From the human T2T-CHM13v2.0 reference genome, Homo sapiens, in NCBI RefSeq assembly GCF_009914755.1, contig NC_060931.1: a stretch of DNA of 64,000 bases; one strand, 5' to 3'. Position 1 is the stretch's first letter. Every line of letters starts with the position of its first letter. Of this stretch, positions 40,471 to 55,239 are shown in pieces. The position numbers were made by a program, and so were the translations under genes. Under the pieces are notes generated by a model. It was not told where the DNA came from. It made no database searches and worked only from the letters and a program-made list of their open reading frames with translations.

Positions 40471-43263
40471 TCATTAATATTTTTGTAAATATACTTTTAA
40501 AATAGCATCTGCTAAGTGATAATGAGTTGCACATGTATTCCTGTTTCTTCTCCAACATTTTCATCAATCAGACACTAGAGATGGCTGGCATAACTCCAGG
40601 AATTTGAAGCGTATTCATAACAAAAAAAATCTTTGTCAAGTCAGAGATTATATTCGCCAGCCCAATAGGCTTTCCTCCACCACCACTTTTTAAATGAGTA
40701 AAATGACAACACAAATCATTAATAGAATGGCAGCAAAATATATAGATAAAAGGCACATTTGAGCAAAGATAATTGAGAAGTTTTACTTCCTTTATACTCT
40801 CTTTCTCTATCTTCTAGGTTTCTATAGGGGACTCTGAAGCCTGAAAGGAAGGTGGACCCAAGAATAGAAGCAGCTGATTCTGCTGTTAATATTTCTGTTT
40901 CCTCTTGGTTATGTACACTAATTTCTCTTGTCTTGTAATGTTCCATCATGGGCTCTTCTTTCTTAGGATTTTGTAGGAGGTGAAACTGTTTTGTAGAAGG
41001 TTTGAATGTCTTTGCCCAAAATCTTGGAAGCATTTTCAAATCCATGAACTCTTAAAATCAAATTATCTACTTGGATTTTTTTAGACCTTCAGACAGCAAT
41101 CCAACATGAAGTCTTGTTTATAATTTTGAATTTTTAGTGGAGGATGTTTCTTCTCCTCAACTTACCAGTGTAAAAGTTTATGATACCAAGTTCAATTACC
41201 ATCTAATTTTTTTGTGATTATTCTTTTCTTATTTATACTTTCATTGATAGACTTAACATTTGTGGGTTCATGTGACCCTCCAATTTAGCTTTCCATCTTT
41301 CACAGGCCCCGAGCCATGGTCATGCCTTTTGCATGTCTATTAACATTGGAATTTCTGCTTGCCATTCTGTATTTCAGATTTCTGCAATTTAATTTGCTTT
41401 TTTTCAAGGTCAGTTACGTGTACAAATAAAACTTATGTGTACAAATAAAACTACCTTGCATATAAGAAGTCCAGAATGAAGTCTAGCAGGAATTACATAT
41501 GATGTGGTACGTGTTTGGTACATATGTGGTCTGAGCATTTTCTCTACTCAGACTATTTCCCATTATTCTTAGTGCCCCTTGACTATTGTCTGTGGCCTTC
41601 TTATCCTAAAAATTAGGGTGTAAACTTAAGCTCATTTTCAATGACAGTAGTAGATTATTTGTCTCTCTTACTATTGGTTCCTAATACCTATTTGTTTTTC
41701 ATTTTCTAGCACACAATAGAGACTCAAATCTATTTTTATAAATGAATCTATCTTTGAGTCTAGTCTGTGCTCACACTATCAGATTTATTCTTACAACAAT
41801 AACTACTAAACATCTGATTTTGTAACAAGCTGAGTAATTTCAGATGGACTTTACATTTTATATATATATGAATAAATATTCTATTACATAGATGTTGTTT
41901 TACCTATATGTAGTTAAAATTTAATGTATTAAGTACATATATCTGAATTGAAGCTTTCAAATATATGTTTTTTAAACTTGAGAATTATAAAGTGTTTTAA
42001 TGTTAAATTTTTATTTCTTAGGTAAAGGAAAAAATAAAGATTAGCTTATAAATTGTTCTCAAGGGCCCTAGTAGATTATTTAGCACAAATTATATTTATC
42101 CTTGGGAATATTTTCTCAGTTTATGTAGAACACATGAATGGCTTAAAGAAAGAAAAAATCATTTTATATTAATGTTTATAAAGAAATACAAAATACCACT
42201 TTCATAATGAAATAACAAGATTACATTTATTGGAATAATGTTGATGGTAATTGTAGAAACAATTTTGTTAATGGGAGAGTGTTACATTGTTAGGATGATA
42301 TTTAGACACATAAACATCATTAGCAATCGCTTACCATATTCCCTAGAGCCTCTTAGGATACTCTTTGACAGTTACTTAAAAGGAGAGACCTCAGTGTCTG
42401 TCAATTATCCTCAGTGGAAATGTAGACCACTAACACATTCAGATTTACTTGATTCCGTTAAAGGAAAAAAGGGACGGTACAACTTTTTCTTTGTCTGGAA
42501 ATTTCAACTTAGTGAAGCCTTACAAAAATCATTTTTAAACAGGAATATACTGATAGAATTATTTATATAATACACAATACAATAAGACATTAAAGAAAAT
42601 TGATAAATAATGCTTCTCACTAAATATATAAAAGAACTATAATATGTAAAAATCAGTGTATCATGTTCTATGGGATGGGGCTGGGTTATATCATGGACTG
42701 GAAATTTGATGAGCTATTCTAAGATATTCTGAATTTTTACCTAAAATTCAACAGTAAATAGAAACAAAATCTAAGATTACCAGTAATTATATTAAGTCCA
42801 CATTATTTTTATTTGAATTCCCTGCTCTTTTTTCTCATTCACAGCTCGACACCTAAAGTACTTAAAAACTTGCTAAATGTGGTATGTGTGTATACATATT
42901 CTCTCTCTCTTCACATATATGTGTGTGTGTATATATATATGAAGTATATAAGTATATATAGGCACACGTGCACACATACATATATGTCTAAATATGTGGG
43001 GGAGTACATAAGACTCACTTGAAAATTAAAAGCCAGTTTTTTCCTCATTAAAAATATCCACATTGTAATTTCCACTTCCAGGCATACTGAAGTAGCATTG
43101 ATCAGAGTTACATTAAGTGAAAAAAAATATATAAAAAAGTAAATTTTAAAACAGTGATCAACTAGGATATTTAATATTATAAACAGACTTCTTCAGGAGG
43201 ACTTAACAAAATCAAATGTATATGCTTAAATTGATGAATATATAATCATAGTTCAAGATGTTA

Positions 43264-43582
<319 letters not shown>

Positions 43583-44383
43583 TTGATAGAATAAGTAGGC
43601 AAAATATCAGATGGATTTGCAGCTTTTATTAGAACTCTGTAGTAGCTTAATTGGATTACCATTTATAGTACTACAAATATGTATACATACTAATACACAT
43701 TGAAATACTGCAGAATACATGCTATTTTCAAGTACACACAAAACTTTAAGTATGATTGACTACATTCTGGGACATAAAATAAATCCTAAAACATAAAATG
43801 TTTGAAATCATGCAGAGCATGTTCTATGAATAAAAATGGAATTAAATTAGAAAACAATAAAAAAATAGTACCTGAAATGACTCATCATAGTGAGGAATTA
43901 AGAATTATATTTCTAAATAGTCCCAAAATAGAATAAGTTGCTAAGAAAATGAGAAAATACCACTGAAAGAAAATAAAATCACAAGATATCAAAATTTGTG
44001 AAAAGCAGCTAAGGCAATGTGAAAAAAAAATTAAGGATTTAAATGCTTATATTAGGAAAAACAGAGAAAGTTATTGATCAGGAACTTAAGCTGCTTTTTC
44101 AGAAGCCAGAAATTTAAGGGCAAAATGAATACATGGTATACAGAAGGAAGGAAATAGGTTTTAAAAAGAATCTAGAAAAGTAATAATAGATAATTTACAA
44201 AGTAGGAAAAATGAAATCATAAGGTGCTTCTATAAAAATAACAATAAAAAGATAAACAACTAGATAGAATGAACAAGTGGAGAAATAGAGACACGGAGAA
44301 AGTGAGGGAGAGAAACAAAGAAACAGCAGCACTAAAGCTCCCACAGACATTAAAAAGTGAGTGCAAGAATATTTGAAAACTTG

Positions 44384-44479
44384 TGCCATACAAAATAATA
44401 TATAAATTATACCATTAAATTAGCCTCAATGCCATACATAATAATATATAAATTATACCATTAAAAAATTCACCTCAAT
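44384..44479. repeat. 46-bp tandem duplication within L1
   Basis: TGCCATACA(A/T)AATAATATATAAATTATACCATTAAA...CCTCAAT starting at 44384 and 44430. Confidence 0.85.
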
Positions 44480-44679
44480 ATAGTGAAATTCCCTGAAAAT
44501 CAAAAATCCATAAAACTTACAAAGAAATACAATTAAAATATTAATATTCCTACATATTATTTAAAACAGATTTGTAATTTACTGGAACTTTAAAATGAAA
44601 TCTCCAGTTCCAAATGACCTCACAAGTATATTATATTAAACCTTTACAAAAGCAGTAACAGGTATCTTTACAGAAACTG

Positions 44680-45115
44680 ACTTTCCTTTGATATGTCAAT
44701 TTGGTGAGGTTACAGTCCTAGTCATTCAGTTAAGCACTAATTTCAGTGTTCCTATGAAGAATTTTGCAGATGTCACTAAGGCACAACAGCTTCTGCCTGG
44801 GCCCAGGGAGCTCCATCCTGCTCCCGATCGCTTCTTGAATACTGTGAACAATAGCTTTCTCTAATGCCCATATGTTCTATCCTGTCTATGATCTTTGGTC
44901 CATAGGGTTTGATCTTCCTTAGACAGGCATTACAATCACTTAAGTCAATTTTGTATGGTAAGTCAGTCTCTCTTTCTCTCTCTCACTTTATCATCCATAT
45001 GTCTCCCTATCTATCATCTATTTATGTATATGTATATATGCATGTACACAAACACAAATATGTATGATAAATACCTTAGTAATTCTGTTTCTCTTCTTGA
45101 ACCCTTATTGATACA
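44680..45115 (+). mobile_element. Old MLT2 (E/F-like) LTR
   Basis: ATGTCAATTTGGTGAGGTTACAGT...TTTTGCAGATGT start and TTCTGTTTCTCTTCTTGAACCCTTATTGATACA end. Confidence 0.55.
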
Positions 45116-48100
45116 CAAAATAAATGATGAGGAAATAAAGTCCTACTCAATTCATGTGGAGAAGTCCAAAGTGGTGTTTGGAAGAAAAAGTAAAGTCCTA
45201 CTTGAGTTAAATAAATGATGACAAAATGGTGAAGAATATGTATTGAAATTCTCCATAAGATCAAAAAATTGTAGAATATGAATAAACTGAAAAACTGAGG
45301 TGACTCTAGGAACTAGTGAGCAGAATGGTGGTGGGGGGAAAGGGGGTTACAAATACAGATTTTGATGGTGGAGTAGATTCTGGCTCTGTAAGTTCTGCAT
45401 GTGACTATGAGAGTGTTTAAATGAGAAACAAAAATAACCTAAGTTATGTGAAGAAAGACCAGAGTATAAGATATTCCTTAGGAATGGAATCTCTAGAAAT
45501 GGAGATTGGTTATGAAGCTGAAGAAAGACTATTGGAGTTGAGATTTGCACTAGACTCAAATTTTCTATAGAAAATCCCACAATCCTGGTGATTAATTTCA
45601 AAGGCAAAAACTTTTCATCAAATTTTCCTAATATCAAAGCATTTTCCGGCAGTGAGTGTATGGCTAGTCTCAGCCATCATGAGTATTGATAACTGCAACT
45701 TTTCTGGCAAGTACCTAATTACCAATTAATGGGATACAATTCTGTCTTTTAACCTGCTGGTAAATAGTTAGTCCTTTTATAATTTCGAGTTCACGCATGG
45801 TCACTACTCATTAAAAATTGAAAAGAAAACAATGCAAGTGGAAATTTTCTTAACATCTATCTTTGCATAAACATTCCATAGTTTTGTAATTATTTTCAGT
45901 GACAGTAAGAAAAGATTAAGGCTATCTGGAGTGCCAGCATTTCAAGTTTGCAATGTCATTGTATCAAGTATAAATAAATATTTATTAGCTTCCAAATAAA
46001 ACCAGATTATTTTCATTTCTGTCATTTCCCTTTTAACTGTATTGAAACCAGATCATTAAGCAATAAAGATGTTATCATAAAAATCAGAAACAAAACCAAA
46101 GTAAACAAATAAAAAAGAAGTGGGGAGGTGATTGTGGAAGAGTTAGTGAAATCGATTGCCTAAATTGATAAACTACTAAGCACAAATATGCTATTAGGAT
46201 ACATAAAGAACAAGATTTATGTAAATTCCAGTTTCTACAATTGCGTGCTCATTGTGGCAGGTGAGGCCAGTTCATTTGCCAGACTATCCGATCCTACACC
46301 TCTCCTCTCTGGTCATATTTCTGCTGCGCATCAAAATCTCACAGCATTCTAGTCATCATGTAAGGTCAGTCAGCTTCCCATTGGGAACAAAGATTTATGT
46401 GCTCCGTCAGTTTTTTCACAATAACAATATTCTAAGTGAATACTGCTGTAGCTTTACAAATACAAAGCTCCCAGAAATGTCCTTTCAAAACAGTATAGGA
46501 AAAAGGCTAACATTTATGCAATGTTTTATTTATTTAATTTTTGATTATATACATTGTCCAAGAGTTTATATTGCAAGAGAAATCAACCATGTAACAAACT
46601 GTCTAGAGGAAGGTATGTTTTCGAGAAATACCAGTAAGAATTATTTTGTCTTGGGAAAAGAATATTTTCTAAAAGTAATTATCTGAAAGCTTTTAGCAGT
46701 CTTTTGATTCTAATACAAATTTCATTTTAAAATTTTACTTCAAAATTATTCAAATATTAAAAGTGTCTTCAAAATCTGAAGCTATTTTCTAGGTCATTGC
46801 ACATTTACTAAGAGATTATTTATAGTACATTATCTAAAATCATAAAAATGTAGTCTTTATGGAGATGTATACTTTACAGAAAAAAATAGTATAATAGTAC
46901 ACATTCATTTGTACTTGACAAAATGATTATAGGCCAGGATATTCTGATTAACTTAGACTTAACAGATTTTTAGAGAATTGGGAAATATAAGTGGGTCTTT
47001 TATCATGTATATAAAAAACAAAATTATCATAAAAAATTTCTGATTTCCACAAGCTATTCATAAATATTTAACTTGTAATGCTTTAAATAAGTACTGTTTA
47101 TATCAATTGCTATTAGTAAATAATTCTGTTAGAGTTTTCCCTTGTTTCATTAGGTACAGAGTTAATGTGATTCAAATAAAATTTCCATTCTCTAAAAGTT
47201 TAAAATAAGATTCTGTTACAATATGAATAACAGAAGCCATAGTAGTTTTGGTGGGCTTAAAATGATATATTTTAGAAAGCAGACAGTTACTTACACTTTT
47301 AAATTAATTTCAGTGCCAGTCATAGAATGGAAGATGCTTTATGAAGGTATAACAGTGTCAATGTGAATGTAATTTACTGTTCACAACACATCACAGGAGT
47401 CTACAGATGGCCATAAGAAATAGCCCGACCCCCTGCAAGTCTCACAAAGCTTGCTGAGATTAGCAGGAAATGTATTTGTCTTCTCAATCAATTCATATTT
47501 AGATAAAAACATACCATTCCGTATTATCATTTTAATGCAAGAAAGGATAGGTTTAGCTGCAACCTTTCTTATTCAATATAAATGAGGCAAACTTTCCCTA
47601 GAAAATAAAAACAAAATGGTATTTTTAAAAGGGAAGATTTTTAATGCCTTTAAAAAATTATAGGTAACTTAAGATGAAAAATGTTAGAGAGACTTGAAAT
47701 TAACTGTTCTTTTTATCAGAATGATATATTGAAAATAATATTAGGGAAGATAGGCTTACACAACTGAAAACATTCAGGTGAATGTCTTTGACAGGTTTTA
47801 ACATTATGGATCAGTAGCTACACACACACACACACATTTGCTCTAGCCACTAGATAGTGTATCTGTTTCGTCTTTGAGGATGCCCACCCAGCAGACTGAA
47901 TAGAATTCTGGGTGGTGGTTTTGAGCTAAAAATAATTCAGGATTTGGATTCTCCAGAGATTCACCTGCTCCCTCATTATGCCAGAGTTTCAGAATTTCTG
48001 AATCATTTTTGTTGACAGGCGCTGGATTTGCCCTTTTCAGGTCTAGGGTTTGTTGTCTTCTGTTAAGTGTTGTCAGATTTTTAATGGTCTTATTTTAATC

Positions 48101-48140
48101 CTCCAGGGACTAATGTGTAGTTCTTTGGTTTGTAAGTGCT

Positions 48141-48565
48141 TGCTTTAATCTCTGTTGTTGTTGTTGCTTGTAACAGAATAACTGAGCTGGGTAATTTATA
48201 AAGAAAAAATATTGATTTCTTACAGGTATAGAGGGTGAGATGTCCAAGGCAGAGGGGCTGCCTCTGGTGAGGCCCTTCCTGCTGATGAGAACCCCATAGT
48301 GCTTCAAGACAGTGCAGAGCATCTCATGGTTAGGGGATTGAGCTTGTTCATGTGCTATCTCAGGTCTGTTTTTCTTATAAAGCCACCAATTCCCTTTTCA
48401 TAACCTATTAATCCATTAATCCATTGATCCATGAATTGATTAATTCACTCATGAAGTCAGAGCCCTCATAATGCATTCATCTCTTAAAGGATCTAACTCT
48501 CATTACTGCCACATTGGGGAATAAATTTCAAAATGAGTTTTGGAGTGGACATTCAAACCATAACA
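48141..48565 (-). mobile_element. MST (MSTB2/C/D-like) MaLR solo LTR
   Basis: TG...CTGGGTAATTTATAAAG...ATTCAAACCATAACA; TSD GTGCT/GGGCT. Confidence 0.85.
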
Positions 48566-49000
48566 GGGCTTTGTATATGAATAAGCCTATCACTGTAGGA
48601 AGTTTACAATTTGGAGCTAATTAAATCTAAGGTATTTGATATTGTTTTCTAGTATATTTAAAACTTGAATACTTGAAGTCTCTAATATGAGGCTCTTTAT
48701 AAAGTTATTTAGTTTTCAGAGCATTTTATCTATCATAGGATAGTAATCAGAATTATTCTCTTAAGTTGAGATATAAATAAACCTAAACAAACTCAAAGAC
48801 TAGTTCACACTTATGAAGAATTTAACAGATACTGCTTTTTTAATTTAGATATCAGCTACCACTTTTTACTAAAGACTAAATTGAGTATACATTTTTATGA
48901 CACTAAACTACTTGAGAGTTATATTTTAATAATTGAGAAAAAATAAAGAAATACTTTTAAGTAGGAATTTGTGATAATGGATATATGGCAATTGATTTTT

Positions 49001-49258
49001 ATCAGTTAAGGGTTGGAGTCTGACTTCAGATAGATCAAAGTTCAAATCGTGGCCACAGGAACAGACTATGTGGCACTTGAGAATGTTGCTTAATTTCTTC
49101 AAGACTAATTTATTTATCTATAAAAAGATGATAATAAGGATAAATCCTCATAGGAGTTTTGAGATTTAAATTGTACCATTCACGTAAAATTTTGGCATAG
49201 TACATGACATAGTTTTTAAACTCCAAATTTAGCTGTTATCATCATCATGTTATTATTA
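49001..49258 (+). mobile_element. MIR
   Basis: GTTCAAATCGTGGC...TTTATCTATAAAAAGATGATAATA...GAGATTTAAAT MIR core. Confidence 0.7.
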
Positions 49259-49824
49259 TGGATTGAATTATTCATCATTTTCTTCATGAATGATAAAATC
49301 ACATATAGTAATTTTTCCAGATACATTTCTTCATATTTGTTAACTAAAGTGAATAAAATATAAACATTGATTCTATTTTTTGTTACTCTGGGACCAAGTT
49401 ACCTTTTCCTTCTCTAGTTTTTAGTACATTGATAAGCATCCAGTCTTTGAAGGACTGATGTTAAGGGCAGAGTGACATGGTACTTCACGTGTGCTGGGCT
49501 CCATGCCCTTGATGACAATTGCATTCAGAAGAAGCCTTAATGGGAAGAACCCAAATAACTTGAATAATATGGGCAAAGAATATGCAACATAATTACTACT
49601 TCCCACAGGATTATGACTTAATAGGAAAAGATATAATTTCTCCTTTTATAAGGAGGGTGGTAAAGAGTATAATCTTAGGTCTAAATCTGATTGCAATAGT
49701 ATTTGGAGAAGATTTTTAAAATGCACTATGTTTGGAGAAAGATCTGGTTTCTCTTTTGAAAGCTAAAACAGGGGCTCAGTCTGACCCATGGCTTAAAATG
49801 CCTAATGGAACCTAACAATTTTAT

Positions 49825-50000
49825 GGCACTGTACAGTAAGTGATGTGCTAGTTCTGCCACTGTGATTTATTAGAAGTGCAGTTTTAAGTAACATCCCTAC
49901 CTTTCAGAGTTTAATTATTTTCAGATGTCAGATGATATTAATCATATCTGAGCTTACTAGCTCACTAGAATCAAATAACAAAACTGCAAAAAAGCAAAAT
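49825..50000 (+). mobile_element. MIR fragment
   Basis: CTAGTTCTGCCACT...CTTTCAGAGTTT...CAGATGTCAGATG degenerate core. Confidence 0.4.
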
Positions 50001-50797
50001 GAAATGAAACATGTAAAAGTATACAAAGTACTCTATCTAATAGGTATTCTAATAATACCTGGTATATGATTTTAACAGTTTAAAGACTTTGGGTTTTAAC
50101 AGAATTTCATATACTCTGAATTACATCTATAAGTGTCTATTTGTACATGTACATACATGTATAGTATATATGTGATTCTCTTCCAGCTATACCTATTAAC
50201 TTTTTTGTTTAGTTCTGTTTTACCAATGTCTTTTTGTAGACTGGGAAGTTTATTTTCACATCTCTCTTTATTGTGAAACTCCCCATGCATAAAACTAGCA
50301 ATAGAAGTCTGGTTCTCACTTGTTAGCACCTATCTGATCAGGCTTTTGCTGAAATGAAAAAATGCCTGATGGACTTACGCATTCATATTTTATTCTGGAT
50401 TGTTCTGTGATAACCCTATCTCCTCATCATTTCTGGTCATCCCACTTTTCTCATCTCAAACTTAAGGCTTATATAGATTCTCTAATTCTCTCTCAGAAAC
50501 TTCTCCACTACTTACTGTAGAGAACAGACATTTGGATGTTCTTTTCATAATATATGGGATGCTCAGTGTTCTGTGAGGCTGCCATCAAGTACTTACCTAG
50601 ATGCTTTATCCAACAACTGTCAGTCAATAGTACTGGTGTGCTGCTGGGTGTGGAGTGGGCTCTTCTATGAGAGATTCACTTCCATAGTCCACCCCATTGG
50701 AACCTAGCCATAGGTATCTTTGGTTTCAGAAGTTTGAGGTTCCCTAAAGTTTTTTACTGAGGAAGAAACCAAAAACCCTTTTAAGATAACCACATGA

Positions 50798-50944
<147 letters not shown>

Positions 50945-51355
50945 TAAGCTACTATCTTTATCCTTAGTTATCCTATAAGCATACTGACTCTCCCTTTTAA
51001 ACTAGAAAAATTCACTCTCACATACCAGTGCCTTTCCCTGAACTCTGTTAAGAGTAAACTGAAAGTTCTCTTTGATTAAATATTATATTTTGCTTTAACA
51101 AAGACAGTATTGGTGTTGAAATAATGTCATTCACCTTTTCTCTCTCAAGACCTTAGTTCTTTGTAAATAATTGCATCTTTGCTTTCAAAACTCTAATTTA
51201 TATTAAAATATTAAACATCTGATTAGAAGATAAGTTGACTTATTTGTTCTTTTTTAGGTCATTTTATCAGCTCCTCTTCCATGAAGTGAATTAACTAGGG
51301 CCCATTAGGTGATGCATGTCATTGACTCTTAGCAGAAAGAAAAGATACAGGGGTC

Positions 51356-51585
51356 ATATATGACTGTTAGGGTTGCCATAACAAAGTACCACAACAAGGT
51401 GACTTAAACAGCAGAAACATAGAGTCTCACAGTTCTGGAGTCTAGAAATCCAGTTGCTGGTAATATTGGTTCTTCCCAAGTGCTCTGAGGGAGAATCTTT
51501 TCTATGCCTCTCTCCTACTATTTTGTGTTTCTTGGCAAGCTTTGACACGTGAATGTCTGTCTTCATGTTCACAAAGTTTACTCCC

Positions 51586-51630
<45 letters not shown>

Positions 51631-51793
51631 CCAAATTGTTTCTTTTTATAAGGGCACAAGCCATATTGTATCAGAAAGCTTATCCTACTCCAATATGACC
51701 TCTTCTTAACAAATTATGACATTCAGATGTACCAAAATGTAGAACTTCAACATATGAATTTTAGGGACGGGACATACAATTCAACCGAAAACA
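51356..51793 (-). mobile_element. MLT1B/C MaLR LTR with internal (TG)n
   Basis: GTTGCCATAACAAAGTACCAC...CTCACAGTTCTGGAG...CAATTCAACCGAAAACA; (TG)n at 51589-51629. Confidence 0.85.
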
Positions 51794-52944
51794 AGCCACA
51801 AAGACAAAACTCTCTTAGTTAATACATCTGAAGCCTGTCCCGCTATGAATTATCCTTAGTACTTTATTCACTGTAGCTTGTCTTTACTATCACAGGCCAT
51901 GCAATTCTTTGTAATCTAACTGGTAGCCAAAATGCTGATTTCTATTCATTGTGTCCTCTCTACGTATCCATGCAAAAAGGGTGCTCTAGCATATCTGCAT
52001 ATGAGAAAGCTATATTTACCCACATATATCTGTAAAAATGGTATCACAAGAAATAACACAATAAAATGTACACGATGAGGAATATACAATTCTTGTTACC
52101 ATACATTAGATAAGAAGTAGCAATCGATTCTTCAAGCTATTGAAAATTTCCTTTTTATATCCTTCCTAACATTCAATATGTAGCAGACATCAGGAAACTT
52201 TAGAAGAAAATCTTATTCCTACATAAATTATTCTAATTCTTTCTCATGAGTTAAACAAACTTTATTTTGAAAAGTACATTTAAACAAACTTGTAGTTTGA
52301 AAAGTAAAGAGCTTATTAAGTTAAATTAGGAGTTAACACGGCTTATTCTTTCAGCAGTACATAGATGTGTTACTCATTCTTCTTTAACCCGAGTATTTTT
52401 AGTAAGAAATAATATTCTTGTACCCTTTCTGTATATTGCATTACCAAAAAGAGTGGGTACATATTTTCCATTTACCTGAAATAAAAGTACTTTTATAATG
52501 CTCTACAATTTCTCAAACTATGTAAATTGTGGAATAAGAAACATATTATCCTTACCTCTCTCTGCCAACAATTGAGAATAATTAATACACAGCATCAGGT
52601 AGTAAAACAAAAGTTGTATATTCATTGCAATTATTGCATCAAGTATTTCTGGAGAAGACAGTAGGTGTCAAAATATGTTTTCAAATATTCTTAACTTTCT
52701 CATTCTTTTAACACATGAATGAAATCTTGAATGCACACAGGAATCTAGAGTTATGACATTTCTTCTAAGAATTACCATAGTAATTCTGTATTATTTTCTT
52801 TGTAATTGATATATTGAAGGAATAAATATGTACCTAGCTTGATTTTATCTTGTTGAAAGTGATCTATTTTTACTTGTACAATTTATTTAAGAAAGTAACA
52901 AATAAAAGGTCAATTTACAAGGAAAAAATTATGAAGACACTAGT

Positions 52945-53400
52945 TGCAGCTGTCAGGAAACAATGATCAATAAATATTTTCACGTTTCTTCACACTCATG
53001 GTTTACTGAGAAAAGATTACTGACAACCTATGTTAAAGAATGACTGAAGGAAAAACAAGCCTTGGAAATTAAATATAGGGACCTTCTGAGAGATTTATAA
53101 ACAATTTTCCCTGAAGCCATTTGTTTACATTCACCGGTTTATAAACCTAGAGACCTTCTGCTCTCTCTAGAGAGCATTTCTTTATATCTAGAGCAAACAT
53201 CAATTTATTTTCATCTCTAGAGAGGTAGATTGCCAGCTACCTTATATAAGTTCCCAGTTTCATAGGTTTGGAGTTATCCTCCTCTGATACATACCCTGAA
53301 ATATATGGAGTGACTTTCTTCTTTTATTCCTTCACCCCATGGGGATTTGGAATATGTGGAACTGGAACAAAATGTTCTGTTAGTAATTGTTTCACCACCT
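52945..53400 (+). mobile_element. Possible old ERVL LTR (MER70/MER76-like)
   Basis: AAATATTTTCACGTTTCT...AAGCCTTGGAA...TTTGTTTAC...TTATATAAG resembles recalled consensus. Confidence 0.35.
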
Positions 53401-53874
53401 CTAATTCACCACTGTCTATAGTAATGTATACTTGTCCAAGTAGGGCAACGTCTTAAACCATTCTTTCCATTTCAAAATTTTCTATATTATTTGAATCATT
53501 TATATTTGTAGAAAGAAGGAAGAAAATGTAGGAAAGAAGATGGAAAGAAGGAAAGTTGTGTCTAAATATGATATATAATGAAAAAGCTAACTAGATGGAT
53601 GCAAAATTTTATAAGTATAAATCATTTGAAGTAAGATCCAGATACATATGTATAGAACAATCTTGATAATTTACAAATGTAATATACAGAAAAAATGTTA
53701 CCAAATAATACAGAGAGTTTGATACAATTTATATAAAATGTAGTTTGTCTCTGAAGTGTTATTTGAGGATATTCATGACTGCTCAAAAACACTAGAAAAA
53801 CACAAGGAATTGATACAACACTTAAGTGTTAAGCAAAAATTAGCGAGTATTTTATGAGATACAGGTAATATCTC

Positions 53875-53898
53875 GTGTGTGTGTGTGTGTGTGTGTGT
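53875..53898. repeat. (TG)n microsatellite
   Basis: Directly visible. Confidence 0.9.
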
Positions 53899-54891
53899 AA
53901 TGTTTAAAGAAGTTGCCTGTGAGATAGAATTCATGATATGCTTAAGTATATATTGCAAGTTAGTAATATTTAAGACATGTTAAACATAGATGAAATAAGT
54001 GGAATAAACAAGAGTGCTACTTTCAAATAGATATAAAGGGAAAGATCAAGTCATAGGCTATGATTATTGCACCACTGGGCTGACAGTTGTTATCCCTAAA
54101 TTGGCCGTCTGCTTGTGACTTCCATTATGTTCTAATTTGGCCCCTCCTGGGCTCTTTCCAAGAAACAGCTAACTACCAGTTACTGTTCATTAGATTAATT
54201 CGTGAGTTACAGCTATGACCAGGACTGCTTGCCCTGGCATCTCTTTGATGGAAAAAAAGTATATTTGTGTTGGTACAATCATTCTGTTGGACTCCTCAAT
54301 CAAATCTTAAATCTGGTCCCCATTAACCACCATCAGTTGGAAAGACTGATATGGTGGAGAGAAATAGACACACAAATAAATGTTGCATAATCCAGGGTTC
54401 AGGTAGTATAATCTTTCATCCTATCCTATTGCTTTCCTCTTGCTTTTACTATATGGTTTTAACTGAGTTTATAAACTATGTCATTCAAGAATTTTAGTTT
54501 GGCCTGAGATACATTCTGTTCCATAACTTCTGGAATAGCTTGCTTTACAGTAGCTTTAAGACCTCCATTACATAAAGACAATTTCTTACACCTCATTAAA
54601 ATATAAACTAGTGCTATATATTATTTTTATCCATATTATATTACCAAATAAAGAGGTTATGAAAGGACATGTTGAATGCAATAAAATGCTATCATAAGGC
54701 AAAGGTGGCAGGATGTTATGAGGGTTCAGATGTCTAGAGAAATTTAACACTGTATTATTGTTCTGATTTCTAAGAAGAAGGATATATCACTTGACAAATT
54801 AAAGATTAATAAAACAATCACAATAGTTTTCTTTTTTGGTGTGGATTGGTCATTTTTAATAATCAGATTAAAGCACTCAATCAAGAATACG

Positions 54892-55188
54892 CTCTTTTTT
54901 ATGGCTGCCTAGTATTCTATGGTGTATATGTATCACATTTTCTTTATCCAATCAAGATCATGCCTTTTGCAGGAACATGGATGAAGCTGGAGGCTATTAT
55001 CCTTAGAAAACTAACTCAGAAACAGAAAACCAAGTACTGCATGTTTTCACTTATAAGTGGGAGCTAAATGATAAGAACTATGAACACAATGAAGCAAAAA
55101 ACAGACACTGGGGTCTACCTGAAAAGGGAGGATAGGAGGAGGAAGAGGAGCAGAAAAGGTAAGTATTGGGCACTGTGCTTAATACATG
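54892..55188 (+). mobile_element. Old L1PA (PA13-16-like) fragment with 5' inversion
   Basis: 54892-54953 is antisense and 54954-55188 sense (IMPFAGTWMKLEAIILRK...YCMFSLISGS). Confidence 0.85.
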
Positions 55189-55239
55189 CATCTTTTACTA
55201 CATTTAACTGCAGATTTTATTCCGGTAATTCTAACCTGT

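Noticed and set aside
41418-41452. 19-bp tandem duplication (GTGTACAAATAAAACT), plus an 11-bp duplication near 40092 and TAGATTCTG repeats near 30021/30054
   Set aside because: Ordinary slippage duplications
42001-42030. Splice-acceptor-like polypyrimidine-AG sites (also ~18870)
   Set aside because: No matching donor, ORF or transcript evidence; such motifs are frequent in T-rich DNA
46252-46686. 144-aa ORF outside recognised repeats
   Set aside because: Non-ATG start, composition typical of random AT-rich frames, no recognisable homology or exon structure
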